64,000 bases of DNA from Candidatus Parcubacteria bacterium (GCA_023128895.1 JAGMDC010000003.1:155651-219650), one strand, 5' to 3'; counted from the stretch's first letter, positions 55,101 to 63,648 are shown. Translations and numbers: made by a program. The notes: generated from the letters alone by a model not told the origin.

Positions 55101-56588
55101 ATATCTTACTTTTTCATTGGCTATTCCAGGGTTATGGGAAATTATTAAAGCGGCAACTCCAGAAACAAAAGGCGCAGACATACTGGTCCCGCTCGCTACA
55201 TAATATTTTTCACCTATTATATGATGTCCATCTCTATACATATCCGTACCATCTGCGCGCAAAGAAAGAATATTCCTTCCAGGAGCAGAAACATCCACGA
55301 GTCTACCATAATTAGAAAATGTAGCTTTTACATTTTGACAAGTTGTAGCGCCAACGCCAATAGTTGTTGGCTGGTTTACGGGAAACACCAGTTTTGCATC
55401 AACATTGCTATTCCCGGCAGAAGCGACCAGAACACATCCTCTTTTATGGGCGTATCTCAAAATATCGTTTATCGCCATATTTCCTTTACGTCCCCATCCT
55501 CCCCAGCTCATACTAATTACATCAGCCCCATTATCTGCTGCATATCTTATTCCTTCAACAAGATCATCTAGCTTCCCGTTTCCATTATTAAAAAGTGATT
55601 TCACAGGCATTATTTTAGAATGCCAGGAAACACCTGCCACTCCTTTACCGTTATTTGTAACAGCGGCTATAATGCCGGCGCAGTGAGTCCCATGCCCAAA
55701 CCTATCGGTCGGGCTATTATCATCATAAGCAAAATCCCATCCCTGCACATCGTCTATGTATCCGTTGTTATCGTCATCTATGCCATTTCCGGCAATTTCG
55801 CCAGGGTTCTTCCAGATATTATCGGATAAATCAATGTGAGAAAAATCTACGCCTGTATCCACAACTGCCACAACAACATTCGCTCTTCCTTTTTCTATGT
55901 CCCATGCCTCACCAGCTTTAATCGCGTACAAACCACACTGATATTTAGGATTATAATATGTATCATCTGGCACAGTTGTAAAAGTAGATACAATAGAATT
56001 AACATCTACATATTCTATACGCGAAGAAACTTTGTATTTTTCAATAATCTCAGAGGTCAAAACATCCTCTGAAAAAGTTATCCGATACAAATTTGAAAAA
56101 TCTGGCGACTTGGAAATTCTTTTTATCGCGCGAGGTTTTTCACCTGTCAAAGATATTATATCCTGCTCTATCTGTTTTGTATCAATACCTGGCTTAATTT
56201 TTATTAAAACCTCTCCAAAAGTATGTTTTGGCACAATTCTTTCGGATTCAAAAATCTCATTCATTTCTGCCCTTGTGGTAGTGCCTACAAACCCTGTTCC
56301 TCTTGTTAACTTCCAGGGATCTAAAATCTCTTTTTGATGTTCTTCCTGAAAACGAACTACTGCCTCGCGAGTTTGTTCGTCAAAACGGCCTGTGGCCTCC
56401 ACTTCTGGATAAGTTTCTCTTAAATACTCCTGCATAAACTTTACATCATCTCCTGTCCTGTCTAGAGATAAATTCCTGTCCAAATCCCAACGACTATTGG
56501 CTTGGGCATCTACGGCTCCTATAAAAAAAATTGCCAGAGCGCAAAAACTTAATCCGACAATTTCTAAAATATGTAATTTAAAATTCAT
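52125..56588 (-). CDS. giant secreted subtilisin-like (S8) protease 2 (paralog of protease 1)
   Basis: Same N-terminal PG-binding-like region. Catalytic residues VAVVDTGVD, HGTHCAGIIAA and SGTSMSAPFVSG. (PEQ/PDQ)n linkers. Identical type of C-terminal Cys-rich module. Confidence 0.85.
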   Translation of the reverse strand: MNFKLHILEIVGLSFCALAIFFIGAVDAQANSRWDLDRNLSLDRTGDDVKFMQEYLRETYPEVEATGRFDEQTREAVVRFQEEHQKEILDPWKLTRGTGFVGTTTRAEMNEIFESERIVPKHTFGEVLIKIKPGIDTKQIEQDIISLTGEKPRAIKRISKSPDFSNLYRITFSEDVLTSEIIEKYKVSSRIEYVDVNSIVSTFTTVPDDTYYNPKYQCGLYAIKAGEAWDIEKGRANVVVAVVDTGVDFSHIDLSDNIWKNPGEIAGNGIDDDNNGYIDDVQGWDFAYDDNSPTDRFGHGTHCAGIIAAVTNNGKGVAGVSWHSKIMPVKSLFNNGNGKLDDLVEGIRYAADNGADVISMSWGGWGRKGNMAINDILRYAHKRGCVLVASAGNSNVDAKLVFPVNQPTTIGVGATTCQNVKATFSNYGRLVDVSAPGRNILSLRADGTDMYRDGHHIIGEKYYVASGTSMSAPFVSGVAALIISHNPGIANEKVRYILKETAYLPEQPEQPEQPEQRPDEPTQPEQPTQPQPREPEQPEQPGRPGQPEQPKQPEPEQPEPEQPEQPSLPGRPGQPEQPKQPEQPKESGLTITSPNGGEQWQKEQTYNIKWSINSAVRTEVFVYLEDHSNNPNCSPDKPCGDNKLLTYRFSSGSYSWKVPAGQNLGTKYKIFIEVVGSGFDRSNNYFSIVSSTGQQPDQPTQPQPREPDQPDQPSRPRFPTQPTQPRQPSGEVPRGRTGTRQVDEELSNTLKELFERTRYLLEQGEQILNERRQISARSGTYNKGTNLTRTLISDESEQDIFIDSNDKMFRLPGDAGLGSDKIPGAGIVNAYQALLPLPCFNDSKQCWDDSDCCSNNCVFDSRTSLKICIPADKSCVFCKIKKAYYSKTQEEKCQEINCNTNFLFTCNDGECHPISDAKLTAWIKGDYDGVKTDSTDRISMLEYCEIYIKRSLIKSRVGKLGKFKKNDKSSTINYCETYGSESFIISQSDMIDYFNYDSFAKDGTITVNFAPFPSGGVDCCCNAAHKARLEFTYSIGSSCSYHNAGAKKDVDDDGIDETCLSDGSWEGNSHIPRKNPLSPPTLFPLAYMLSVGGVRALTNDYIYYFCVAAGVNDSTPDLVFNTDENAWCRISLTKQGYDAMTINCQKGEGTTSHTCAIPDVGSLGPKILYFACKDQFGNKPSELSTPSVGFYLIEGNCLSEGEECPGTYYCCSTKCVLDLFFSKKVCIPIDKSCVFKGSYYNNFDKLDIDGDGRKETCTPNGEWIDFGTSQPRQPMQPRVPDQPDQPDQPEQPGRPDQPDQPDQPDQPEQPGRPDQPDQPEQPGRPRFPTQPTQPTQPAQPDQPEQPGRSRFPTQPTQPRQPSGEIPGGRTGTRQVDERINNTFKELFERTRYLLEQGEQILNERRQTSARDGIYDKGFDESGIDGNNKDETCHTSSLWGWNYCTTNCKCYAGEGDCDSNDDCHTGYCAFDVGEKYTQDSRIDVCEEK
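52490..52790. repeat. tandem 9/18-nt repeats encoding (QPD/QPE/QPT)n in protease 2
   Basis: GGTTGGTCT units are interspersed with GGTCTGCCCGGTTGTTCT. A second tract lies at 54838-55078. Confidence 0.85.
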
Positions 56589-56713
56589 AGTAATGTGAAA
56601 ATAAATAATAAATGATAAATGATACGACTTTCATTATATTATTTTATCACGCTTAATATCCGCAAACAAGCCAAGTTATCCACACTCGCAAGCAATCTCC
56701 CTCGCCTAATATT

Positions 56714-57160
56714 CTAAAAAACAAACTTATCTCCTATTTCAAGGCCAATCCTGTCCGTTGTGCCGGCGTTTAATTCCAAAACATATTTTGCCTTTCTGCC
56801 CGGCTTCATCTTTTTACACACGCCATCGCCGCAGGGCTGGGCATCTCTTTCAATAAAAACCACTTCCCTATCCTGATTGATGTAAATAATATCCAGAGCA
56901 ATCAAAGTATTTTTCATCCAGAAAGAATGTTCTCCTTCCTGCTCAAAAATAAAAAGCATTCCTTTGTCAGCATCCATTTTCTCGCGAAACATCAAACCGC
57001 GATATCTTTGCTCCTGCGTTTCTGCCAATTCCACAATAAAACAATTGTCCTGAAAACAAACCTTTTTCTCTTTTAAATTGTCCCGCGCCGCGTTTAACAT
57101 AATAAAAATAAATAATATAATCGCTGACAACAGCAATATTAAAAATATAATCTTTCTCAT
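56714..57160 (-). CDS. DUF192 domain protein
   Basis: RGLMFREKMDADKGMLFIF...FWMKNTLIALDIIYIN...VLELNAG is the DUF192 signature. Confidence 0.75.
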   Translation of the reverse strand: MRKIIFLILLLSAIILFIFIMLNAARDNLKEKKVCFQDNCFIVELAETQEQRYRGLMFREKMDADKGMLFIFEQEGEHSFWMKNTLIALDIIYINQDREVVFIERDAQPCGDGVCKKMKPGRKAKYVLELNAGTTDRIGLEIGDKFVF

Positions 57161-57287
57161 TATTAAATTCTAATCCCTTTCTCTTGTTTTTACAAATTTT
57201 TTGCCAAATCAAATAAAAAAAAATCCGCCGAAATTTGAATTTCACAATTCAATTTCAAACGGCTATTTTGTTTTTTATAATATCCAT

Positions 57288-58079
57288 CTATATCTTCCAC
57301 TGATTTGTCAATTCAGACACTATCTTATAGATATCTTTTACCTCTTCCATGTCTGCGCCCTCTCTGTATCTTTGTTTGCTTAACTGCCGTCCGTCTTTAT
57401 CCTTGATTCGGAAACTGTCAGGGTCAATCACATCAGCTAAAATAATTTCTTGTTTGTGCTTTCCAAGGTTGTGCCTTTGCCTTCCAAACTCTATCTTGAG
57501 GTCCCAAAGAATTACTCCTAACTCTTTCAATGCCTGTTCAAGAACTAGAAAAATCCTCTTTGCTTGGCGTTCAATGTAGTCCGCTTCTTCCCACGAAAAA
57601 TGGCAGCCAATTGTTCCAATAAAGCTCAAATCACTTATTGGTTCGTGAGCTCCATAGAGATACCACTCATCAGGATCTATCTCAACAATTTCTATAATCG
57701 GGTCATTTAGTTCGTCGTCTTTATAGAAAAATTCCGTTACCAGGGGGTCAAACATGGTGCCGTCTTTGATTTCTGGATTTCGCTCAAGATAACTGCCGGT
57801 AGCAAACCGCCTGATTACTACCTCATCGGGTATCATATCGCATTCTAAAGCGTAAAAACCTGTTTCTCCTGCTCGTCTGATAAAATGTGTCCTTATATTG
57901 TGCTGATTAAGTAATCCAAAAATATTCGCTGTGATGTTGTTCACCCATTTGTCTTTGCCTTGCATTGGATCTTTCTTCTTCCCGTCTCCTTTCGTGATAA
58001 TTGGCTTGTTGACAATCTTCACTATTCCCGGTTTAACTCGCCAAATTACTTTTGTTTTTCCTTCACCTATTTTTTTCAT
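57288..58079 (-). CDS. purC: phosphoribosylaminoimidazole-succinocarboxamide (SAICAR) synthase
   Basis: Start re-called at the ATG at 58079, 9 nt after GGAGGTG. GEGKTKVIW...NNITANIFGLL...IPDEVVIRRFATGSYLER is the PurC fold signature. Confidence 0.75.
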   Translation of the reverse strand: MKKIGEGKTKVIWRVKPGIVKIVNKPIITKGDGKKKDPMQGKDKWVNNITANIFGLLNQHNIRTHFIRRAGETGFYALECDMIPDEVVIRRFATGSYLERNPEIKDGTMFDPLVTEFFYKDDELNDPIIEIVEIDPDEWYLYGAHEPISDLSFIGTIGCHFSWEEADYIERQAKRIFLVLEQALKELGVILWDLKIEFGRQRHNLGKHKQEIILADVIDPDSFRIKDKDGRQLSKQRYREGADMEEVKDIYKIVSELTNQWKI

Positions 58080-58107
58080 ACTATTTATCACCTCCTAAAT
58101 TTTTTCA

Positions 58108-58197
58108 TCATCCTATTCTGCTTATGCCATACGACAATATCACTAGTATAACAATCCAAACCAACAGAGACGCAATGTCTTGCTTTATAGTTGTCAT
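58108..58197 (-). CDS. 29-aa hydrophobic micro-protein (copy 1)
   Basis: Below the track's size cutoff. Translation MTTIKQDIASLLVWIVILVILSYGISRIG, with AGGAGAT 6 nt upstream. The paralog at 59541-59648 is conserved at both DNA and peptide level. Confidence 0.5.
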   Translation of the reverse strand: MTTIKQDIASLLVWIVILVILSYGISRIG

Positions 58198-58237
58198 TTT
58201 TTATCTCCTGTTTTTTTATTCAAACCTTTTGCCTTAT

Positions 58238-59278
58238 TCAACCAAGTTTAGCTGCTTCGCCCCGAACTAATTTTCTAAATTTCTTGTGGATCTCCAGAAT
58301 CTCCGTAAATTCTTCCTGTTTCTTCCCAATTATCCAGTGATAGTATGATTTGCTGCCATCTGTTTGTTCTTCCTCTTTTCGCAGGATTACTTGTTTAAGT
58401 ACATCTCGACCTTCTTCTTTCCAGGCATTGAGAATTAACTGTATATCCCGCATATCAGTTGTTGCTAATCCTACAGTTCCGTGTGATAAGGCGTATTCAT
58501 TGCCGTTAAAGACGATTGCTAATCCACCCGCTGATTCTACCACTTCAAGCATACGATAATCAGTTATACTGTCTCCGACAACAACCGCGTCACTGAAATA
58601 TATTTGAGGTTGTGGCGTATAACTATGATATCGCAATATACTTTCCAATGCTCGAACTTTGCGTCTTCCTCCAACTACTGATATTTTTTTGTATATCTCT
58701 TTCCATGAAGAATTTTTTCGCAGTGTCTTCCAGTAGAATTGGTCAAGAACGGTTTTAATCTTCCTGTCTCCTGCTAAATCATCGATTGGATACAAGTCAA
58801 TAATACGGTTAATACTGTTTTCCGCAGTTTCCACTATGGCATAATCCTCTGTTTTTAGAGCGGATGAATAGAACCGATTTAGCGGAAAAAAAGTGCAGGC
58901 TACCTTGCTTGTAGAAACTCCGCATCTATAAGCTGTATTATAGGCGTGCTGTTCATAAGAAGTAGAAATAATATGCACTTTCCACTCATTCTCTTGCAAG
59001 CCTTCTATCAGCTCCTTGGTGCCTTTTACTAATTCAGCTCTGTCAGATACTTCTTTTATGTCTTGTTCAGTAATTCCGTGCAACATAAGAAACGGCGCGA
59101 TGAGTTTTAGAGTATCTCCTGGTTCGTATCCTTCTCTGTCTTCTAAAGCCAAAATGTCATCGTATTTACTGATAATCTCAAAGATTTTATCCCCATTAGG
59201 TATTAGTTTCATTAGTTCAAAAGCATTGTCCTGCGGCGAAAGCGGTCCTTCTAAATCAAAACAAATAATTTTTTCCAT
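58238..59278 (-). CDS. HAD-like hydrolase-fold protein of unknown role
   Basis: Start re-called at the ATG at 59278, after TAGGAGGTGA. The N-terminus ICFDLEGPLSPQDNAFE has a DxE(G) in place of the classic DxD. From memory it resembles archaeal EhaR-type proteins, which is unverified. Confidence 0.5.
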   Translation of the reverse strand: MEKIICFDLEGPLSPQDNAFELMKLIPNGDKIFEIISKYDDILALEDREGYEPGDTLKLIAPFLMLHGITEQDIKEVSDRAELVKGTKELIEGLQENEWKVHIISTSYEQHAYNTAYRCGVSTSKVACTFFPLNRFYSSALKTEDYAIVETAENSINRIIDLYPIDDLAGDRKIKTVLDQFYWKTLRKNSSWKEIYKKISVVGGRRKVRALESILRYHSYTPQPQIYFSDAVVVGDSITDYRMLEVVESAGGLAIVFNGNEYALSHGTVGLATTDMRDIQLILNAWKEEGRDVLKQVILRKEEEQTDGSKSYYHWIIGKKQEEFTEILEIHKKFRKLVRGEAAKLG

Positions 59279-59290
59279 TTTTTTCACCTC

Positions 59291-59398
59291 CTAATTATTA
59301 GCGGGCGATAATAAGTCCACTTTCTCCGGATATTCTCCCATCTCTTCTGTTTCTTCTTTTCTCTTTTTTTTAATCTTTTCTATTCTATCTTCGGTCAT
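59291..59398 (-). CDS. 35-aa charged micro-ORF
   Basis: Translation MTEDRIEKIKKKRKEETEEMGEYPEKVDLLSPANN. Its start overlaps the upstream stop as ATGA, and its stop TAG is the first part of the next gene's TAGGAGGTG. Confidence 0.35.
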   Translation of the reverse strand: MTEDRIEKIKKKRKEETEEMGEYPEKVDLLSPANN

Positions 59399-59535
59399 GC
59401 TAATTTACCTCCTTTTTTATATTCTCTACATCTCGGGCAAGGTGCTGTTATTATAGGTATTATTTCCCCTTCTTCAGTCATTAAACAACCTACAATGATT
59501 TCACCCGTGTCCTCGCATATTTCACATTCGCTCAT
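59395..59535 (-). CDS. 46-aa zinc-ribbon micro-protein
   Basis: Start re-called at the ATG at 59535, after GGGAGGT. Translation MSECEICEDTGEIIVGC...APCPRCREYKKG carries CxxC...CxxC. Confidence 0.5.
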   Translation of the reverse strand: MSECEICEDTGEIIVGCLMTEEGEIIPIITAPCPRCREYKKGGKLA

Positions 59536-59540
59536 CCCTT

Positions 59541-59648
59541 TTAACCTCCCATTTTGCTTATGCCATACGACAACACTACTAGTATAACAATCCAAACCAA
59601 CACAGACACAAAGTCCCATATTGCTTTCCCTTGCTTTATAGTTGTCAT
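59541..59648 (-). CDS. 35-aa hydrophobic micro-protein (copy 2)
   Basis: Translation MTTIKQGKAIWDFVSVLVWIVILVVLSYGISKMGG, with AGGAGGGA 6 nt upstream. Confidence 0.5.
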   Translation of the reverse strand: MTTIKQGKAIWDFVSVLVWIVILVVLSYGISKMGG

Positions 59649-59726
59649 TTTTTCCCTCCTATTCTTTTTTATCCTCGGAGCGTGAGCAAAAAAGGTCACG
59701 CTTCATCTTAAAGTGCGTTACTGGTT

Positions 59727-60233
59727 TCACGAGTTTTTTATTAGTTCGTCCGCCTCGCGTGCGTATTTCTCAGCATTTTCGAAGTGATCAAACCCCTCCA
59801 TTGTTCTTGCAATATCCCTGTTTTTCGCGCCGCGTTTGAAGTCCAAAGCACCCAATCGAAATTCGTCCAGCATATTCCGCACCGCTATCCAAAGAGGCTG
59901 CATCTCTTCGGATACTTGAAACTCTTCGCACTCCTCTAAATAGGTTTCCGCTGATGTCTCCAGATTGGCTGCGTCGACTATAATTCTTTCTCTGTCCCAT
60001 TCGGTTTCACTCATAGACGCTACTAATGCCCCTGTCTGATTGCTCATAACATCAGCCATCTCAATACAGAAGTATAGAAATGCTTTGTCATCGTTTGTTG
60101 GCGTTGGTGTTGGCGTTGGTGTTGGCGTTGGAATCGGTTGTTTGGGTTCGCTATCAATGCAACCTGTGGACATTGCCATTACTACAATCATTCCGATAAC
60201 TATTAATCCAAATATGTTTTTTATTACGTTCAT
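59727..60233 (-). CDS. putative lipoprotein with (TP)n linker
   Basis: Lipobox-like MAMSTGC after a hydrophobic N-terminus, a PTPTPTPTPTPT linker, and ATGA overlap with the purB stop. Confidence 0.6.
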   Translation of the reverse strand: MNVIKNIFGLIVIGMIVVMAMSTGCIDSEPKQPIPTPTPTPTPTPTNDDKAFLYFCIEMADVMSNQTGALVASMSETEWDRERIIVDAANLETSAETYLEECEEFQVSEEMQPLWIAVRNMLDEFRLGALDFKRGAKNRDIARTMEGFDHFENAEKYAREADELIKNS

Positions 60234-61648
60234 TTTTTTCTTTTTTCACCTCCCAAATTTTTCTTTTGCCTTGATTCAATACCAAACCTCGCAGCCCACT
60301 CGTCAGCGACTTTATTCGCTTTTTGCTCCGCGATTCCTGTGTACTTAGACCTACCAGAGAGAATTTCTTTTTGCTTGTCTGTCATTCGCGCAAAATATGG
60401 TTTCAATTCTGTATCCGCTTTTGCTGTTTCTACCAATGATTTCTGTTCTTCTCGCGCTTCTAAGGTTAAAACCCGTATCTTTTCGTGGGCATCAGGATGC
60501 CCCAATGAGGCCAATATGATATAAAGCGGCTCCGCGATTGAATCTCGCGCTGAAGCTAAATTCCGCTTGAGATTTTCTTCGTTAACTACCAACTTTTCCA
60601 TTATCCCGGTCAAACGTTTCACTGTATAGAAAGTGTACGCAAAAATTTCTGGATATGTCTTGCCTGAAGCTGAATTTGTAAGGTCTCTCTGGTGCTCGCT
60701 GATTTGATCCATCAAAACTGTTATAATTTTCGGCATAACTATTTTCCACATGCTTTTACCGTTTTCGACACCAATTGGATTGTCCTTGTGCGGCATTGTT
60801 GAAGAACTAACTTGCTCTTTGCTCTTTGCTTCACTAACTTCGCCAATTTCAGACCTTTGCAGATGCCGCGTATCATCACATAAATTCGCTAACACGCCAA
60901 GTGTTGCTATAACTTCAAAAAGCAATCTTAACAATGGCTCTGGCTGGGCAATTTGTGTTGAATGACTCGCGGATTTTAACCCCAATTCAGCTAACACTTC
61001 TGCTTCAAACTCTTCGGGATCGTCAAAAAGTATTGACGATGCGTTATAAGCGCCTACTGCTCCTGAAAATTGTCCGACAAGTTCAGATGCCCGTTCCTCA
61101 ATAGCAATAATGCATCCGCCAACACGGCTGACATATTCCGCCATGGCAAACCCAAATGTTATTGGCTCTGCGTACTGTCCGTGCGTCCTGCCGATTTGCT
61201 CTGTGCCTGCGTATCTCATCGTTATATCAATAAGCGCGGTTTCCAATTCTATAAGTGCGGGTAAAAAAACCTGCCCAATAAAATCATTATATCTGGCTGT
61301 GTTTGCTGTATCTATAATGTCAAACGAAGTCGCTCCTAAATGGATAAACGGTTTGGCATCATCGCTTACTTTGGCTCTGATACAATTCACGAGCGCGCGA
61401 ATATCATGTTTAATGCGCTTTTCTTCCGCGTAAACTTCTTCTGTAGTCACTCTATTGCAAGCCAATTTGATTTCCTGCGCAATCCCAATGTCACACAACC
61501 CCCGCCTGTATAAAATTCTCGCCAAAGCCGCCTCTACTTTCAACTTATATCTTGTAGCCCCGTTCTCTGACAAAAAAAACGCTGCTTCCTCAATCCAATA
61601 GCGATAATCTCCAGGGGAGATGCTACCATATATATTTCGTTTTATCAT
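60230..61648 (-). CDS. purB: adenylosuccinate lyase
   Basis: Fumarate-lyase signature SSSTMPHKDNP, plus HLGATSFDIIDTA and GRTHGQYAEP. Confidence 0.9.
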   Translation of the reverse strand: MIKRNIYGSISPGDYRYWIEEAAFFLSENGATRYKLKVEAALARILYRRGLCDIGIAQEIKLACNRVTTEEVYAEEKRIKHDIRALVNCIRAKVSDDAKPFIHLGATSFDIIDTANTARYNDFIGQVFLPALIELETALIDITMRYAGTEQIGRTHGQYAEPITFGFAMAEYVSRVGGCIIAIEERASELVGQFSGAVGAYNASSILFDDPEEFEAEVLAELGLKSASHSTQIAQPEPLLRLLFEVIATLGVLANLCDDTRHLQRSEIGEVSEAKSKEQVSSSTMPHKDNPIGVENGKSMWKIVMPKIITVLMDQISEHQRDLTNSASGKTYPEIFAYTFYTVKRLTGIMEKLVVNEENLKRNLASARDSIAEPLYIILASLGHPDAHEKIRVLTLEAREEQKSLVETAKADTELKPYFARMTDKQKEILSGRSKYTGIAEQKANKVADEWAARFGIESRQKKNLGGEKRKK

Positions 61649-61763
61649 TTTTTCCCTCCTAATTTACAAAGAACTCTGCTTGTTTTCTTTCCTAAAAACA
61701 AACCTCATCATTCTATGTTCTATATTCTATAGTAAATATTTTCCAGTGGTTGTCAACTTTTTA

Positions 61764-61794
61764 GTAAAAAAAACAGGGTCTCCCCTGTTTTTAT
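61764..61794 (-). terminator. rho-independent terminator after the PspC-domain gene
   Basis: Stem ACAGGG-tctc-CCCTGT is flanked by A- and T-runs. On the minus strand the stem is followed by TTTTTTT. Confidence 0.6.
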
Positions 61795-61847
61795 CTACAC
61801 ATTAAAATCGCCGCGAACATTCATTTATCGTATTAAACCAACATATA

Positions 61848-62039
61848 CTATTTTGGCTGTTTCGGAACAATGAAAACAGAAACCAGATAAACAATGATAC
61901 CCGGCGCAAAAGCGGTAAATACAACCAGTAAAACCCAAGCAATCCTTAAAATCACCGGGTCAATGTCAAAATATTCGCCAATGCCGCCGATAACTCCGGC
62001 AAAAACCTTATTTTCCCTGCTCCTGTATAATTTTTTCAT
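61848..62039 (-). CDS. PspC domain membrane protein
   Basis: Start re-called at the ATG at 62039. MKKLYRSRENKVFAGVIGGIGEYFDIDPVILRIAWVLL is the PspC domain. Confidence 0.8.
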   Translation of the reverse strand: MKKLYRSRENKVFAGVIGGIGEYFDIDPVILRIAWVLLVVFTAFAPGIIVYLVSVFIVPKQPK

Positions 62040-62083
62040 GTATAAAAATTTATTATTTAAGTCCAACCTTTCTTAAAATTATT

Positions 62084-63235
62084 TCATTTCTTGCCGCAGA
62101 AAGGGCAATAAGGCAAATCCTTTATCTTTAATTTGCCGCAAACAGAACATTGCTCTCGTATTTGCTCCCCGCACTTTGGGCAAAACTCATAAGACGCATT
62201 AAGCGCAAAAGAACAATTAGGACATTTGTTATCTTTTAGCCGCCTTATGGCAACTTTCTTTGGATCAAACACTTTCTTCTGAATATAATATACAATGCCG
62301 CCAAATATGGCTATAACAAGCAAAGCAGTGCCGTAATAAATAACATATTTCAACACAGCAATCTCCATCAGCGCCTTAAATACCCGTATCAGCCATTCCA
62401 TTGGCAAAATTTCATACAAAAATATCAAAACTATTTCAACAAAGAGAATAGATGAAGCAGTGAGCACTGCCGCGGCAATAATAGTATGGGGGCTGTTCTT
62501 TTTCTTTAACTTGAAATAAAGATAAAGAGACAAACAGAACAAAGGCAGAACAAAAATCAATTTTAATAAAAACACTATGAAATTAAAATACGCTCTCTTG
62601 TTCTTATAATCATCTATTGCCTGTTCATAAGAATTTTTCAGAACAAGCAGTTTTGGCTCTATAATATTGAGTTTATCGTCTCTTTCTTTGGTTTTAATGG
62701 TTAATTCCTGGTTTAAGGACGCAATCTCTTCGTTGAGAGAGGAGATTGACGCTTTAACTTCGGGCTTGTCTATTACCGGCTTCTCTTTGACCATTATTTC
62801 CTGCAAACCCACACCGTATCTCCCTAATAATCTGTCCAACTCCCTTTCATTAAAATAAATTTCCTGCTGGATATCGCTTATCTCCTGATTCAGAAAAATT
62901 ATATTGTTTATTTGCGGCTCAATGTCTCTAAATTTTTTTTCTACATTAAATTTTTTATCTATCTCGCTGAAATAGCAAGGTTGCGGATAATTGAGGTTTC
63001 TTAATAAATCTATATCAGAATATGTTTCAACGCAAAATGCCGGGTGGATAGGTTCTTCGGGAATATCTTTTATATCTGAAAAAACTTTCTGGCCTATGAT
63101 AAACAAAAAAATCACCAAAATCACCAAAAAAACATTTCCTAATTTTGAGGTCTTTTTTTCAACAATTTCCTCATAGTCCTCTGTCCCTTGATTTTTTTCT
63201 ATTTTTTTAATAAATTTTGATTTCAAACCAAACAT
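62084..63235 (-). CDS. membrane protein with coiled coil and C-terminal double zinc ribbon
   Basis: TM helices flank a coiled-coil region. The C-terminus CPNCSF...CPKCG...CSVCG...CPFCG forms the zinc ribbons. Confidence 0.6.
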   Translation of the reverse strand: MFGLKSKFIKKIEKNQGTEDYEEIVEKKTSKLGNVFLVILVIFLFIIGQKVFSDIKDIPEEPIHPAFCVETYSDIDLLRNLNYPQPCYFSEIDKKFNVEKKFRDIEPQINNIIFLNQEISDIQQEIYFNERELDRLLGRYGVGLQEIMVKEKPVIDKPEVKASISSLNEEIASLNQELTIKTKERDDKLNIIEPKLLVLKNSYEQAIDDYKNKRAYFNFIVFLLKLIFVLPLFCLSLYLYFKLKKKNSPHTIIAAAVLTASSILFVEIVLIFLYEILPMEWLIRVFKALMEIAVLKYVIYYGTALLVIAIFGGIVYYIQKKVFDPKKVAIRRLKDNKCPNCSFALNASYEFCPKCGEQIREQCSVCGKLKIKDLPYCPFCGKK

Positions 63236-63325
63236 ATTCTTGAATTATAATTATTCTTACAACCTTGTTGTTGTATCATTATACCAAATTATACCAAATT
63301 ATACAAAATTATACCAAATTCCCAA

Positions 63326-63643
63326 CTACTGCGCGTCAACAATTTCCTGCAACACTTGCTTGGCTCTACCTTGCTTTTCGTAATGCTTTATTCCTTTCTC
63401 GTCAAGCGCGCCAAGCATATTAGGGCCCATAGCGCCGGCAATTACAATATCAATATCCTTGTCAGCAAGCATCTTGGCAACAGCAAAACCAGCGCCTCCG
63501 GCGCCAACGGCAAATGGATTGGAAATTGTTTCCAAAAGCTCTTGCTTCTCATTAAAAATCAAAAAATATGGAGCGCGAGCCGCGCGGGAACTTACTTCTG
63601 AACTTTCATCTTTTTCAATTGTAGCAATCGCGATTTTAGTCAT
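63326..63643 (-). CDS. NifB/NifX-family (dinitrogenase FeMo-cofactor-binding-like) domain protein
   Basis: KIAIAT...RAPYFLIF...GAGGAGFAVAKMLADKDIDIVIAGAMGPN is typical of the family. Confidence 0.7.
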   Translation of the reverse strand: MTKIAIATIEKDESSEVSSRAARAPYFLIFNEKQELLETISNPFAVGAGGAGFAVAKMLADKDIDIVIAGAMGPNMLGALDEKGIKHYEKQGRAKQVLQEIVDAQ

Positions 63644-63648
63644 TTTAA

